From Eledone cirrhosa (lineage: Eukaryota), in the NCBI GenBank assembly GCA_964016885.1, contig OZ024742.1:208444001-208508000 (forward strand): DNA of 64,000 nt. Direction: 5' to 3'. Shown piece by piece: positions 39,253 through 51,329 of the stretch. Within the stretch, counting starts at the first letter, position 1; every line of letters begins with the position of its first letter. Under the pieces are notes generated by a model that searched no databases, was not told the origin of the DNA, and worked only from the letters and a program-made list of their open reading frames with translations. Position numbers and translations under genes: made by a program.

Positions 39253-42200
39253 TTTCTTTATTAACCACAAGGGTTTACATAAAGTAGACATTAAGGACAG
39301 TGCAGGACAATGCAGGACGGTACAAATGGGCATTTCTGCGTGTAAAAAAAACAAAAACAGAGGATGTAACAAAAATAACAATGAAAATAACAATGAAAAA
39401 TTCCCCAATAGGGGGGGAGACTTCGGAGGGACATTTGTGGAGAAAGCCCAGTAAAAAGCCACAATGACCCTGACCACCAAGGCAAGTGCCCTCTCCCAGT
39501 TTTCCACCTTTAGTTTACAGATATATACTCAGAGTCGGCCCATTCACTCGGGCCATTCTTGCTTCTCTCACCCATCTTTCAACAAAATGCTGGGAAGAGA
39601 GCACTTCCTTCTCTACTCTGATTTTCCTTTTCAAATGAAATTTGAAAAAGTCAATCAGAGCATCACCGAAGAGGTAAGTGCTCGTCTTCAGCCCTTTCAA
39701 ACGTGTCCACCATACTATCTCTTTCGCCATGGCCACCAGACAGATAAAAACTGCCTGCCCTTCCCGGCTAAAGGAGGAGGGCGGGGCAATCCTCACGATA
39801 GACTCAGATGATAGCTGGATCCGTCCTAAACGCGACAGCAGGTGTTCGACATAAACCCACAAGTCAGCAATTTTCGGACACTGGACGAGTGCGTGCAGGA
39901 CGTTTTCGTCGCCCTGCGCGCATCTCGGACATGCCCGGCTGACGGCACCTCCATGCCTGTAGAGTTTATCCCGAACTGGCAAGGCTCCTCGGTAGCACTG
40001 CCAGGCCAGAGATTTCTGGAAGTTGTCCATAGGCCCTGGCCCGAAAGTTCTTCCGAAGAGATTGGCTAGTTGATTTTCGTCGACGCCTAGAGTTTCCCCA
40101 AGTACGTCGTCGCTCTTCCCCTCCACTAATCCTCTATAGAACGCCGAGGTGGAGTTTCCACCGATCACATTGCCCGATTGGTCGAGGGCTGTGAGCGCCT
40201 GAAGACATTCCAGTCTCCAGGCGCTCCCTCTCGGTCTTCGCTTGACCCAGGACTGCAGCTCCGTCAAGGAAACGAGCTGGGGAAAAACGCGTCTAGCAAA
40301 CGGCGACCACACCTGATCACCGTCGAGGAAGAGGTGGAGATGTCGTAGCCTGAGCGCGTGCCTGCGCATCATCAGCCACGGCATGCCCAGCCCTCCACGT
40401 AGCGGGTGTTGACAACAGATGGACCGCCTGACCATCGGAGCACGTCCCATCCACAAAAAGCGAAAGAGCAAACGCTCCAGCGCAGTCAGGCGAGGCTTAG
40501 GACAAGGTACGACGGTTAGGCGGTAGCAGATGACAGACGCGATGTACGCGTTAGCCACCTCCGCTCGACCTTTCAGGGATAGCTTCCTCTCCGCCCATTT
40601 CTGGGTGAGAGAAGCCACCCTGCTCGTCACCTCGTCCCAGTTTTTGTCCGTCTGGAGGTCCGGACCGAACCAGACCCCTAGCAATTTAACCGGTCCGTCC
40701 GTCCAGCGCCCGACGACGCTGTTGGACGGCATGGACCTGCCTCTCCAGGTGCCGAGCTGCAGGCCCACTGACTTTTCCTGGTTGATCATTGCTCCTGTCA
40801 CCGCTTCGTATTCTCTTAGTGTAGTGCCGATCGCCTCGATGTGTTTGGCGTTCGACACCACTACGGTGACATCGTCCGCATATGCTGACACGGATCTTCC
40901 GCATCCTAGTTCGCGCGGGACTCCCCTCAACGTCTCCAGTTTGTGCAGTAATGGCTCGAGAGTCAATACGTACAAGAGGGACGAGAGGGGACATCCTTGG
41001 CGGACCGAGCGCATGATGTTGAACGGTTCCGACAGGTGACCGTTCACTCTCACCACAGAGCAGATGTCGCTGTGCATGGCAGCGATCCAGCCTCTGAAGA
41101 CGGGCCCAAAGCCAGCCGCCCTCAGGACTGCCGCTAGGTAACGATGGTCGACCCTATCGAAAGCTTTCGACTGATCTAAATTGATCAAGGACCCACCCGT
41201 GCCAGGTTCCCTAGCTACCCTCTCTACGATGTATCGCATGAGGTGGAGGTTGTCGTGGATGGATCTGTCGGGAATGGCGCATGTCTGCGCCTCTCCCACC
41301 AGACCACCAACGACAAGCGCCAACCTCTTTGCTAGCACCTTGGCCAAAATCTTAAACTCTGTGTTTAGCAGAGTTATGGGCCGGAAATTGTCTATGTTAT
41401 CCCCCTTGTTCGGATCCTTTCTCAGCAGTGCCACCGCTCCTCGGCTCACAGAACTGGGAATTCTCCCGTTCTGTTGCCAGTTGCAGTAGACGTCCGCCAA
41501 GAGGCCTCCGAACAAGTCTGGCATCTGTACGTAAAGTTCATAGGGCAGACCATCCAAACCAGGCGATTTACCCCTTGTGCAGCCAGTCATTGCCTCCCGT
41601 ACTTCAGCGGCTGTTATCGGCTTTTCGCAACACTTCGCCTCAGTGGCCGAGAGCCGCGGCAGTCCGTCGAGGTAGACACTAAAGTCCATCCCTCTACCCG
41701 GCCCCCCGCTGCCCCCGAACAGCTGAGCGAAGTGTCGCTGAAAAGCTTCACACATTTGCCCGGGATCGAGTAGCATGCGCCCGTCGTGGTCCACCAAAGA
41801 CCGGATCGTGGCTTTGTTGCCACGACGCGCCTCCGCCACTCGGGCCCATTGAACGGCTTTCGTCCCCTCGTGTCTGAGAGCACGCACCCTAGCTCTGACA
41901 ACGCAGCCTTCGTGCTTTGCATTGAAGAATTGGTCAAGGGCCAATTTCGCCGCAAGCACGTCGGTCGCAATGCCTTTGCTAAGCGCCTCGTCTAATTTTC
42001 TAACTAGTTCTCCCTCTGCTCTATTTTTCTCTATTGCTAAAGCCTTACTAAACCTAATCGATTCTATTCTAATCGCTCTTTTCAGAGCAAACCACCACTT
42101 GTTGTTGACGATGGCCCCCGTCAACGCCCGCTTAACTAGTTCGCTAATCCGGTCTCTGTAGGCCTTGCGCGCTGGTAAGGACGCGTTTAGCTTCCAGTAG

Positions 42201-42320
42201 CCGGGTCCTCGTCTATGAAGCCTATCTAAGTCAAGCACACAGGTCACGAATTTGTGGTCCGTGTAGCTGACTATCTTGAATTGTGGACAGCCTATGCTAG
42301 ACCTATCTATTTCCCTACAA
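39251..42320 (-). mobile_element. Tx1/L1-clade LINE, 5'-truncated, embedded in (ATT)n
   Basis: 3' end ...ccttgtggttAATAAAgaaatc(att)n; (AAT)n also at the 5' junction; visibly GC-rich. Confidence 0.9.
39515..42320 (-). CDS. Tx1-like ORF2 (end of APE endonuclease, RT, zinc finger); uninterrupted, native start lost
   Basis: TDHKFV..GPGYWKLNASL, KSPGLDGLP.E.Y, FRPITLLN..KILAK, LDQSKAFDRV, VRQGCPLS, YADD, GGLG, CPRC..ENVLHALVQC. Confidence 0.88.
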
Positions 42321-42341
42321 ATAATAATAATAATAATAACA

Positions 42342-42382
<41 letters not shown>

Positions 42383-42383
<1 letters not shown>

Positions 42384-44246
42384 TGCAAGAGGAGACACAC
42401 TGGTCTTGCCATGGGATGGAATGACTACAAAAAGGCATTTGACATGGTGCCTCATTCTTGGATCACCAAAAGCCTAGAGATCTTCAAGGAGGCAGATAAC
42501 ATCAGACAGTTGTTGGGCAAAAGTATGAAGTCCTGGAAAACAGAGTTAACATCAGCTGGAGAATCCTTGGGAGGCGTGAAGATCAAGAGAGGTATCTTCC
42601 AGGGAGATAGTTTGTCCCCTCTGTTGTTTGTCCTTGCCCTGATACCCCTGACCATTATACTGCGAAAAGTGAGAGCAGGATACAAGTTGGGATAGGGAGA
42701 GCTTACCATCAATCACCTCCTCTTCATGGACGATCTTAAGCTCTTCGGGAAGAGTGAGAAGGAGTTGAATGAGCTTGTTGAAACTGTCCGTATTTTCAGC
42801 AATGATATATTTATGCAATTTGGTATTAGTAAGTGTGGAGTCCTTGTGACAAAGAGGGGTAAATTGAACAGAAGCAACGGAATCCAGGTACCAACAGGTG
42901 AGGTGATAATGGAAATTGACACTGAAGAAGGATACAAGTATTTGGGTGTTCTGGAGACTGATGACATCAAGAACAAAAAAAGGAAGGAATTGATAAGATC
43001 TGAATACATTTGGAGAGTAAGGAGCGTATTAAAGTCACATCTGAACAGTAGGAATGCTATAAGTGCAGTAAATACCCGAGCTGTGTCTATTATTAGGTAC
43101 AGTGCGGGAATTCTGAGATGGAATGTTGCTGAACAAAAAGAAATGGATAGGAAGACTAGGAAGCTATTGACTATCTACAACATGTTCCACAAGAGGAGTG
43201 GTGTCGATAGACTCTACTTAAGGCGATCTGAAGGTGGAAGAGGTCTTATCAGCATAGAGGACTGTGTTCAGATGGAGAAAAACAACCTACACAAATACGT
43301 GACTGATATTAAGGAGACAATGCTCAGAACTGTACTGAAGGAGAGGACAATAGACCAGGGGATGTCCAAGGAGGAAATAACAACAAGGAGAAAGATCAGC
43401 CTTCAGGATAAATCCCTTCATAGTTCTTTCTTTAAGAAAACTGAATTCAGAGATCCACAGACATGGAACTGGTTGAAAAGAGGAGACCTTAAAAAGGCTA
43501 CAGAAGGAATGTTAATGGCTTCGCAAGAGCAGGCTCAAAACTAAGTGGTTGAAATACCATATTTAAAACGAGGAGGCTAGCCCACTGTGCAGGATCTGTG
43601 GAGAGAGAGAGAGGAGACTATGGCTAACATTGTATCCGAGTGTAAACACCTAGCCCAGACTCACTATAAGGGCTGAAGACATGATGTGATGGGCAGAGTG
43701 ATCCACAGGCACCTATGTAAAGTAAACAATTTACCACATTCTGAGAAGTGGTATGAGCATAAGCCAGAGTCGGTGATAGAAAACGATCAGGTGAAGGTGC
43801 TGTGGGATTTTAGGATACAGACGGACAAGAAACTGGAACACAATAGACCTGATCTGGTGGTTTTGGACAAAGAAAAAATATCGTGCCTGATTGTGGATGT
43901 TGCATGCCCATTCGACACGAGAGTGCAAGAGAAGGAGAGGGAGAAAATTAACCGATACCAGGACTGGTAAGGTAAAAAGGGAGGTAAAACGGATTTGGAA
44001 CTGCCATGAAGTCAAAGTGGTCCCGATTGTCATAGGCGCACTAGGTACTATATCAAAAAGTTTCCAGAGATGGTTAATGAAAATTGGCCCCTTCACGCTT
44101 TTTGGAACGCTTCAAAAGGCATGCTTGCTGGGAACAGCAAGAACCCTCCGATACGTACTGAATATCTGAGGCTGCAGGTAGTGGCTTGATATTCATTTCA
44201 ACAAACTTTCCAGTTAACTAACATCAATGACTGAGACTCAAAGAAC
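42383..44246 (+). mobile_element. Dong copy 4, a distinct family, 5'-truncated and degenerate
   Basis: WNDYKKAFDMVPHSW, GIFQGDSLSP, FMDDLKLF, YKYLG, GGRGL, CRIC, LWDFRIQTD..HNRPDLVV..IVDVACP, VPIVIGALG; (AAT)n at both ends. Confidence 0.92.
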
Positions 44247-44260
44247 AATAATAATAATAA

Positions 44261-44437
44261 TTGTTTCTACTTTAGGAACAAGGCCAGCAATAACCCAGTG
44301 CATCACTGGTACTTTATTTTATCGACCCCGTAAGGATGAAAAGCAAAGGCAACCTCGGCGGGATTTGAACTCATATCGTAAAGGGACGTAACTATGCTGG
44401 AAAGCATGGCGTCCGACCCCCTACCGATACTGCCAAT
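44261..44437 (-). mobile_element. SINE family A abutting the Dong copy 4 tail
   Basis: Reverse complement of the SINE at 4968-5158; its (ATT) tail merges with the Dong (AAT)n. Confidence 0.88.
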
Positions 44438-44563
44438 CATAGTAATGATAATAATAATATAGCGGGTGTTTTCGCGTATGCATGTGTAAAAAGTAAACCG
44501 TACGCAATCCCGCAGAGCTCCCTTTATTATATTTTATATATATATATCATATATATATATATT

Positions 44564-44824
<261 letters not shown>

Positions 44825-44843
44825 CGTGTGTCGAAACAAATAT

Positions 44844-45084
44844 TGTTATACTTGGGGATGTGCAACGAAAGATTTATGCAAATTATGTAAACTGTATATA
44901 TGTGTTTGTGTCTATATTGTATCTGTATTATTTTTGACCGTCGGTCAGTCAATGGCAACATTGAGAACCGATTAAGTTAGATCGCAGATATAAAAGACAG
45001 CGAGAAGCGAAAACCAACCCAACAGTGAGTGTGTTCTGTTATTAATTCTGGCAATATTACACAAATATGACCCTCCCCAAGTAT

Positions 45085-45088
<4 letters not shown>
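44844..45088 (+). mobile_element. Probable solo LTR (245 bp)
   Basis: TGT...ACA ends with 15 bp inverted termini tgttatacttgggga/tccccaagtataaca; ATAT on both flanks; internal TATAAAAG; partial copies at 7420-7508 and ~4598-4619. Confidence 0.65.
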
Positions 45089-45142
<54 letters not shown>

Positions 45143-45143
45143 T

Positions 45144-45575
45144 TTAAGACAGGGGGGAAGAAAAAATGGCTTCACTTGTGCTTTCAACAAATTTATTTTC
45201 TTCATAAAATTCAAAAATAATTTTTTTCCGGATTAGAAAAAAATCTTTTATTAAAAAATAATTATTTTATAAATTAAGTTAAATCCCTATATATAGACAT
45301 GTTAAATCCCTATATATAGAACAACACACCACATACACATCAGTCTGACAAGCGCACCTCAGCGTGAAAGGTCGTTCTAAAAACGAAACAATACCTCCTA
45401 CGTTAACCAAGAACTCCTAAGACCTAACCAACAACCAACAACTTAATTTATAAAATAATTTTTTTTAAGAAAATAATTTTTTCTAATCAGGAAAAAAATT
45501 CTTTTTGGATTTTGTGAAGAAAATAAATTTGTTGAAAGCACAAGTGAAGCCATTTTTTCTGCCCCGCTGTCTTAA
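45144..45575. repeat. Fold-back, ~135 bp inverted arms
   Basis: ttaagacag..aaaatggcttcacttgtgctttcaacaaatttattttcttca.. mirrors ..tgaagaaaataaatttgttgaaagcacaagtgaagccatttt..ctgtcttaa. Confidence 0.85.
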
Positions 45576-45606
45576 TATACCTAACTGTACCAAGGATGAC
45601 ACATTT

Positions 45607-45644
<38 letters not shown>

Positions 45645-45649
<5 letters not shown>

Positions 45650-45760
45650 AAAATGTTTAACCTCGACGGCAGAGCTCAAACCGTTTCGACGGCTATTTCT
45701 GGACAGAAATAACCATCGAAACGGCTTGAGCTCTGCCGTCGTGGTTAAACATTTTCCTAT
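45645..45760. repeat. 116 bp hairpin (56 bp arms, 4 mismatches, 4 nt loop)
   Basis: 45645-45700 versus 45705-45760; the arm sequence recurs at 57368-57404. Confidence 0.9.
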
Positions 45761-46149
45761 CACCCACTCTACTACCCTAAGTGTTGAGGGCTCTGGTGAG
45801 TTATGGTCCATCTGGTTCCTTACCACACTTCCTTCGTTATATATATATGTATATATATTTATTAAAATAACAGATTAAAATTTAAGCAAAGAATCGGTGC
45901 TTTCACCCTTAACAGGATCTTCTGAAACTAAAAAAATCACATCTGTGAACGCAGAAGTAAATATTTCGAAAAACGTTACACACTATATATATATATATAC
46001 AAACACTATATATATATACATATATACACACACATATAGCGTCATAATGTCGTAGTGCAGACAGCCAGACATACAGTCAGATATTATTAGGGCGCAACGT
46101 TATATCTATGTATCTATCTAAAAAGAAAGACTAAGAATTATAGAGAGAT

Positions 46150-46330
46150 ATCGCTAAATCCCCTAATGCGGTCCCTAGGGCATTGACAATATAAAATTTG
46201 TTTTGTTCAAAACACTCACATGACGATAAGTATTACATGTGTAAAGTTTGAAAACAATCGTTTGGGTGGTTCTTGAGTTTTAGGGAGTCAGATAGACAGA
46301 AATACAGTCAATCTGTTTTAGATATATATA
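46150..46330 (+). mobile_element. Possible non-autonomous Helitron/Helentron-type relic
   Basis: catgtgtaaagtttgaaaacaatcg..gtggttcttgagtt..agatagacaga..ttttagatatatata layout. Confidence 0.35.
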
Positions 46331-46559
46331 TATATACAGAGAGTTATTGAGAAAGTGTCAGAGAATTAGTTTTACTCATATACAGATATACGTGCACAAA
46401 CGTAAACACAAATTTATGCTAATTCATCTAATATTTGCAGGTTCCTTCATACATATACGACAAATATTCATAGGAATAATAGAAGCTCAACAACATTGTA
46501 ATATGCACATTGTAAAATGCAATCTCTTCAATATTTACAATATCGTCTACTTTTTGCGA

Positions 46560-47950
46560 GGCACATATTTACTGGGTTTGCCTGTAGGCGAACGTCGACC
46601 TCTTGCCACCGATGAACTCCACACCTCCATCGATTTTACAGTTTACGGATTTAACTGTTTGGGAATGAAATGTTGAATTAGAATGCTATTAGATTTCTGT
46701 GTTTTCCATAGATTTTCATATGAAAGCTCGTTTTTCAGGATGAATTGTGACCTGTCGGAAATGTTCAATATAAATCGTTCGGTCTGTTAAGTTTGTTCCC
46801 TCTCGTTTCCTCTTTATGTACTGAACCTAGAAACACTAAGCTACACACGTTGAGGCGTTCCAGTGCAAACAAGGTATCAAATAATAAGCACTTCGACGCA
46901 GTCCGCTGCGCTCTGAAGCATTCCGCAGCTCGACACCTTAGAGGAACACCGGTAAGGCTATCAAGCAGCGCGGTGGGGCACTAGATGGGGAGACCTATTA
47001 ATATGTTTGTGGTGGGAGGTCTGGTTTGATCTAAACCTCCTGCTGAACAAGAACTGAGATATCGCGACCGTTTGTGATTAATTGCTGGTCGGAGAACTAG
47101 GTGTGGCTTGTCTGTTGGTGCGCAGACACGCGCTAGGGTGGTGACATCTCCGGAGTTTTCTTGACAGTAAATAGTTGCGGTCAGACGCACTTTTCCCCAG
47201 CTCGTTTCTTTGACAGATCTACACTTTTGGGTTAGCCGATGATCGATGGGGCGCTAGGAACCTGACATGTTGTCAAGTGCATAAAGCTCTCCGACAGTGA
47301 AGCAATTCGGTTGGTGGAAGATGCACTTTGGTATTCTATAGAGGATTAGTGGCGAATAAGAACGGTGACTTTCTGTTCAGCGCTTATGTATAATTTCCAG
47401 AAATCCCTGACATGGTATTGGTATAGGCAAGGAAGAGCAGTAAGCCGGGTCTGCCCAGGGTGCTAGCGGAGCAACGAAGCCATCTACCCGTAGTCGTCCA
47501 ATAACTGAGCATTGCTGTCTTCTGGAAGTATGTGAAACCACTGTTATCACGTGTAGGTGGAATCCGGATACCAACTGAATCCATTGTGAATATCGTTCCA
47601 CCACCTTCTGTTTGTCACGATTTTATCTGTCCAATGATAATGCCGAAATAGTTTCTGATGTGTATAAGATTGAATGATACCTTCCTCTTTGGCCCATCTC
47701 TCATGATTTTTAAAATTTTCATTTGGAAAGGAAATTACATGTAGAGATGGAAATGCTGCCTTCCAGCAAATTTGTTGAAAGTTGAAAATGAGTGCCGTGT
47801 ATAGTCGAAGTGAACGGGTCTGTTTGAGTATGTGCCTGTAGATTAGAAAAATGGCATTTGTGGGTTTTTCTCCACTGGTAGTATTCGGAGGTTTCACTCA
47901 TATTGAGGAATTTTGTTTTGATATTTTGTCCACGATATTCGATCAACTAT
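46560..47950 (-). pseudogene. Highly degenerate Gypsy-like gag/pol relic
   Basis: Minus-strand fragments resembling an integrase C-terminus (DSLTGVPLRCRAA ~ LPxVLLGxRxA; TIYIEHFRQVTIHPEKRAF ~ VSIDRLKPAF). Locally GC-richer; boundaries uncertain. Confidence 0.4.
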
Positions 47951-48271
47951 GCGCTTCGATCAACCAACACTATATCACCATGTAACCTAGTTGTTCTCGT
48001 CGTTATTCAGGTTTAGCACCATGCCAGTTGATAGAGCAGACATATGATGAAAGGGATTCCACCAAGCAGTAACAATACTGACTATATCCTATAGGAAGAG
48101 AAACCAGAGTCACGTTATACACGTGACTCTTTCTGAGATTTTGGTATCGTTTTTAGTAGATTTGGCTGCTATTTCTATTAAATTGTGTAACGTTGCAAAG
48201 ACATCTCGTATTAGCTTGTTGTTTAAGAGTATACTTAGTAGCAGCAGTAGTGGTAGTAGCAGCAATATCCT

Positions 48272-48272
48272 T

Positions 48273-48332
<60 letters not shown>
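48272..48332. repeat. (TAG)n microsatellite
   Basis: Directly visible. Confidence 0.95.
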
Positions 48333-50299
48333 ATCATTTTATTCTTTTGTCTTCCTTTTCTGTATTATTTTATGGCGGTAATTAACATATCCTGGAGACA
48401 ATCACTCATCAGGGCATCTGTTTTCTTACCCTAGCAAAGAATCTGGTATTCAGTTATTGTTGTTAGATTTTTTTCTTTCTCGTTAGTTTATTTTGTTTTT
48501 GTTTTTGTAACTGTTATGGTTTTTGATATAGCTTTGGTCTTCTCTGTATTCTCTATTTTTTTTTTCACTTCCAGTCACTTCACGATGGCACTGTTTTCAA
48601 AACTCTTCTTATTTTTTTTTATTTAGCCTACTTTCATTTCCAATCTTTTACTAATTTGCTTTCTCTTTTCTTGATTTCCACCCCACTACCTCTATTTGTA
48701 TAGAAAAAAAAGCACAAGACAAACACATGCCTATGACCCACAACCAACCAATCTCCATTTTCTTCCTTTATATCTTCATATATAATAACTTCATGGTGAG
48801 GCTGTTAGATTTGTATGAGATGCATAGTGTTGTTATTGTTGTTTTTGTTCTTAGTCTTGTTGTTGTTGTTCATCTTCTTCTTCCTAATAATATTGTTGTT
48901 GTTGTTATTAGTATTATTATTATTTCTATGATATAATAGAATACAATACAATGGTTTCTGATTTAGACACAATGCCAACAATTATTTGAGAGTTGGGGGC
49001 AGGGGCGATTAAATAGACTTCGGTGCATTACTGGTGCTTCGAATTCAGTAACACACTGGGCTCGATTTAATCGACTCCCCTCTTCCTACAATTGAAGGCC
49101 TTGTTCATAAATCATAAATCATTCCTATTTATTAGCAATATCGGTAAAACCCCAGTTTTACCGCATATAGTTACGCCCCTTTACATTCTAAGTTCAAATC
49201 CCGACAATATTAGTTTTACATGCTTTCGGGGACGAGAGGAACCGGCTGGACAGTCCCCGATATTTGTTTGTCTTCCTTTCCTCTGCATCGTGGGCCGCAG
49301 AACCGAAGTTGGATGAGGAAAACGTGTCACATGTAGCGTTCCAGATGAAGGATCTACCTCCTTCGAATTGGAAGAGGATAATTCCGTCGGAGCGCTTGCC
49401 ATCCCCGTGGTCGAGGCCTGCTGGCCTGATGGGAAACCAGCTGCATCCATGCTCCTTCTCAATATGTCCTTAAGAGCAACATATCGGGGGAACCCACCTA
49501 CGCTCTGGCAGCAAGAGAGTGGGTGCAGGTCAAACTAGCCAACGACTGCCCCATAACAGCATTTATGCGGCTCATACACGAGGACGCTGAGGCGTTGGGC
49601 CACTCTGATGCGAGTGCACTCGTTATTAAGTGTTGAATAGTCGAAATAACACAAAAATCCATTCTCTCTCAGAATATGATTTCACTCATCACTCATGTTC
49701 AGTTGCAATAATGGTTGATTGATTGGCAAGCTGGATGGCTATTTTGTAGTTTACTGGCTTGCTGGAAGTTGTATATATACTTGTCTGTATGAATGTATGT
49801 ATTTATATATATATGTATGTGTATGTGTAGGTGTGTGCGTGTGTGTTTGTAAGGTGATGGGGCAGGTATAAGACAGTGAAAACCGGAACGAGATATATTT
49901 CTTTCTAAGATATTTTGCCATGCAGTTAGTGAATCAAAAGAGATTCTACAATTACTATTATAGAGCGAATATCACATAATTGGTGGGTGTAGTTTAGAAG
50001 AGTTATACCACGGCCTGAGAGGGGTTTTGAATAATCAGGAAGACACAAAAGAATTACTTATTAAACTGTTCAGAGACGATAGTTATCTTCTCATCCGCGA
50101 TTCCTTAATCCTTCCAATTACTTTTTTCTTCAATTTGTTTTTATTTCTCTCTCCCCTCACCTCACTTTAATCGTCCTTCTCCTCCTAATTCTACTCCTCC
50201 ATTTTTTATCGTTTTCTTCCTCTTGCTTTTTTTTCTTATTTCCTCTTTCCACCAACACCCCTCCCCCTTCCTCCTCATCCTCCCCTCCCTCCCTCCTCC

Positions 50300-50363
50300 A
50301 TCTTCTTCTTCTTCTTCTTCTTCTTCTTCTTCTTCTTCTTCTTCTTCTTCTTCTTCTTCTTCT
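50300..50363. repeat. (TTC)n microsatellite in a pyrimidine-rich tract
   Basis: Directly visible. Confidence 0.95.
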
Positions 50364-50698
50364 TTGTTTTATTTTTCTTCCTCTTTAACCCAAACTAAGT
50401 TATCGTCCTTATTGATATCCCAAATAACACTATTAATAATAATAAATCCAACATTAACAGCAGCAACAGTATAGTAGTTCTAATTACCACTTTCCTTTGG
50501 AGGCTAAGAACAAAAGCCTTGTATTTTACAGATGTTGGAAATAACATCATTTACCAAGGAAGGTTATTAGTGGCGTAATAGAGGGGAATTGAATGCAAAC
50601 GGAAGTTGAAGGCACGTCTTCGTATCGGTCTTCCGCGATTAACATGCTCTAGGCCACACATAGAGACTTTCCCGTTATTTCAATTATTGCTGTTTATA

Positions 50699-51329
50699 TG
50701 AGGTCTATCGAAAAGTAGTATCCGGCATTAGATTAACAATAAAGTACGTACTTGGTGGAGGTCTTTTGCTAATCCTCTTCAAAACAGACGTCGTGTGCCT
50801 CCATACACCCTGTGATCCTTCCAATGTTCGAAGCACGCCTGGAATACTTCTTCCGAGATGACTCTACGTTTCACTGTTGCAGTCCACATGGTTTCTGTCG
50901 GCTATTAAAGATGGATCCTTTCAGTAGAATCCCGACCTCTTGCGCCAATTTGCAACACTAGTAAGTTGAAGATATTCCTGATAGTACTCCTTTATAATGA
51001 TTGTTTCTTTTGGTGCGTTTCGTGATGCACAGCAACACGATAGTGGAAAAAAATAATCAACATCATCTTGATTTCATCAACGTCCGACATTGTTTTGGAA
51101 GCCTTAGTGAAGTCGGATGCTTCCATTGTGATGACTGAGCTACATCTTTCCGATCGTACTAATATATACATAACTCAGGATCAGAAGATCCTGGCAGTGA
51201 TCAAGCCAGCTCGCATAAACCACGCATGCGCATTAATATCTGAGGCTTCACTCTGCACACGTTCATCTCTATAGCGTTATGTCTTCATACTGGAAAAGAT
51301 ATAGCCGAATATGTTTTCAAAAGACTTCG
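50699..51329 (-). mobile_element. Internally deleted mariner (Tc1/mariner) transposon
   Basis: Degenerate TIRs ta|tgaggtctatcgaaaagta..tccggc and gccgaatatgttttcaaaagacttcg|ta. Minus-strand WKHPTS..MLIIFFHYRVAVHHE..KEYYQE and EEVFQACFEHWK..CFEED* match mariner transposase. Confidence 0.8.

Noticed and set aside
42321-42412. Signal-peptide-like poly-Leu N-terminus on the 965 aa Tx1 ORF
   Set aside because: The ATG comes from the antisense strand of Dong copy 4 and the Leu/Ile run from (ATT)n; the in-frame fusion is most likely coincidental.
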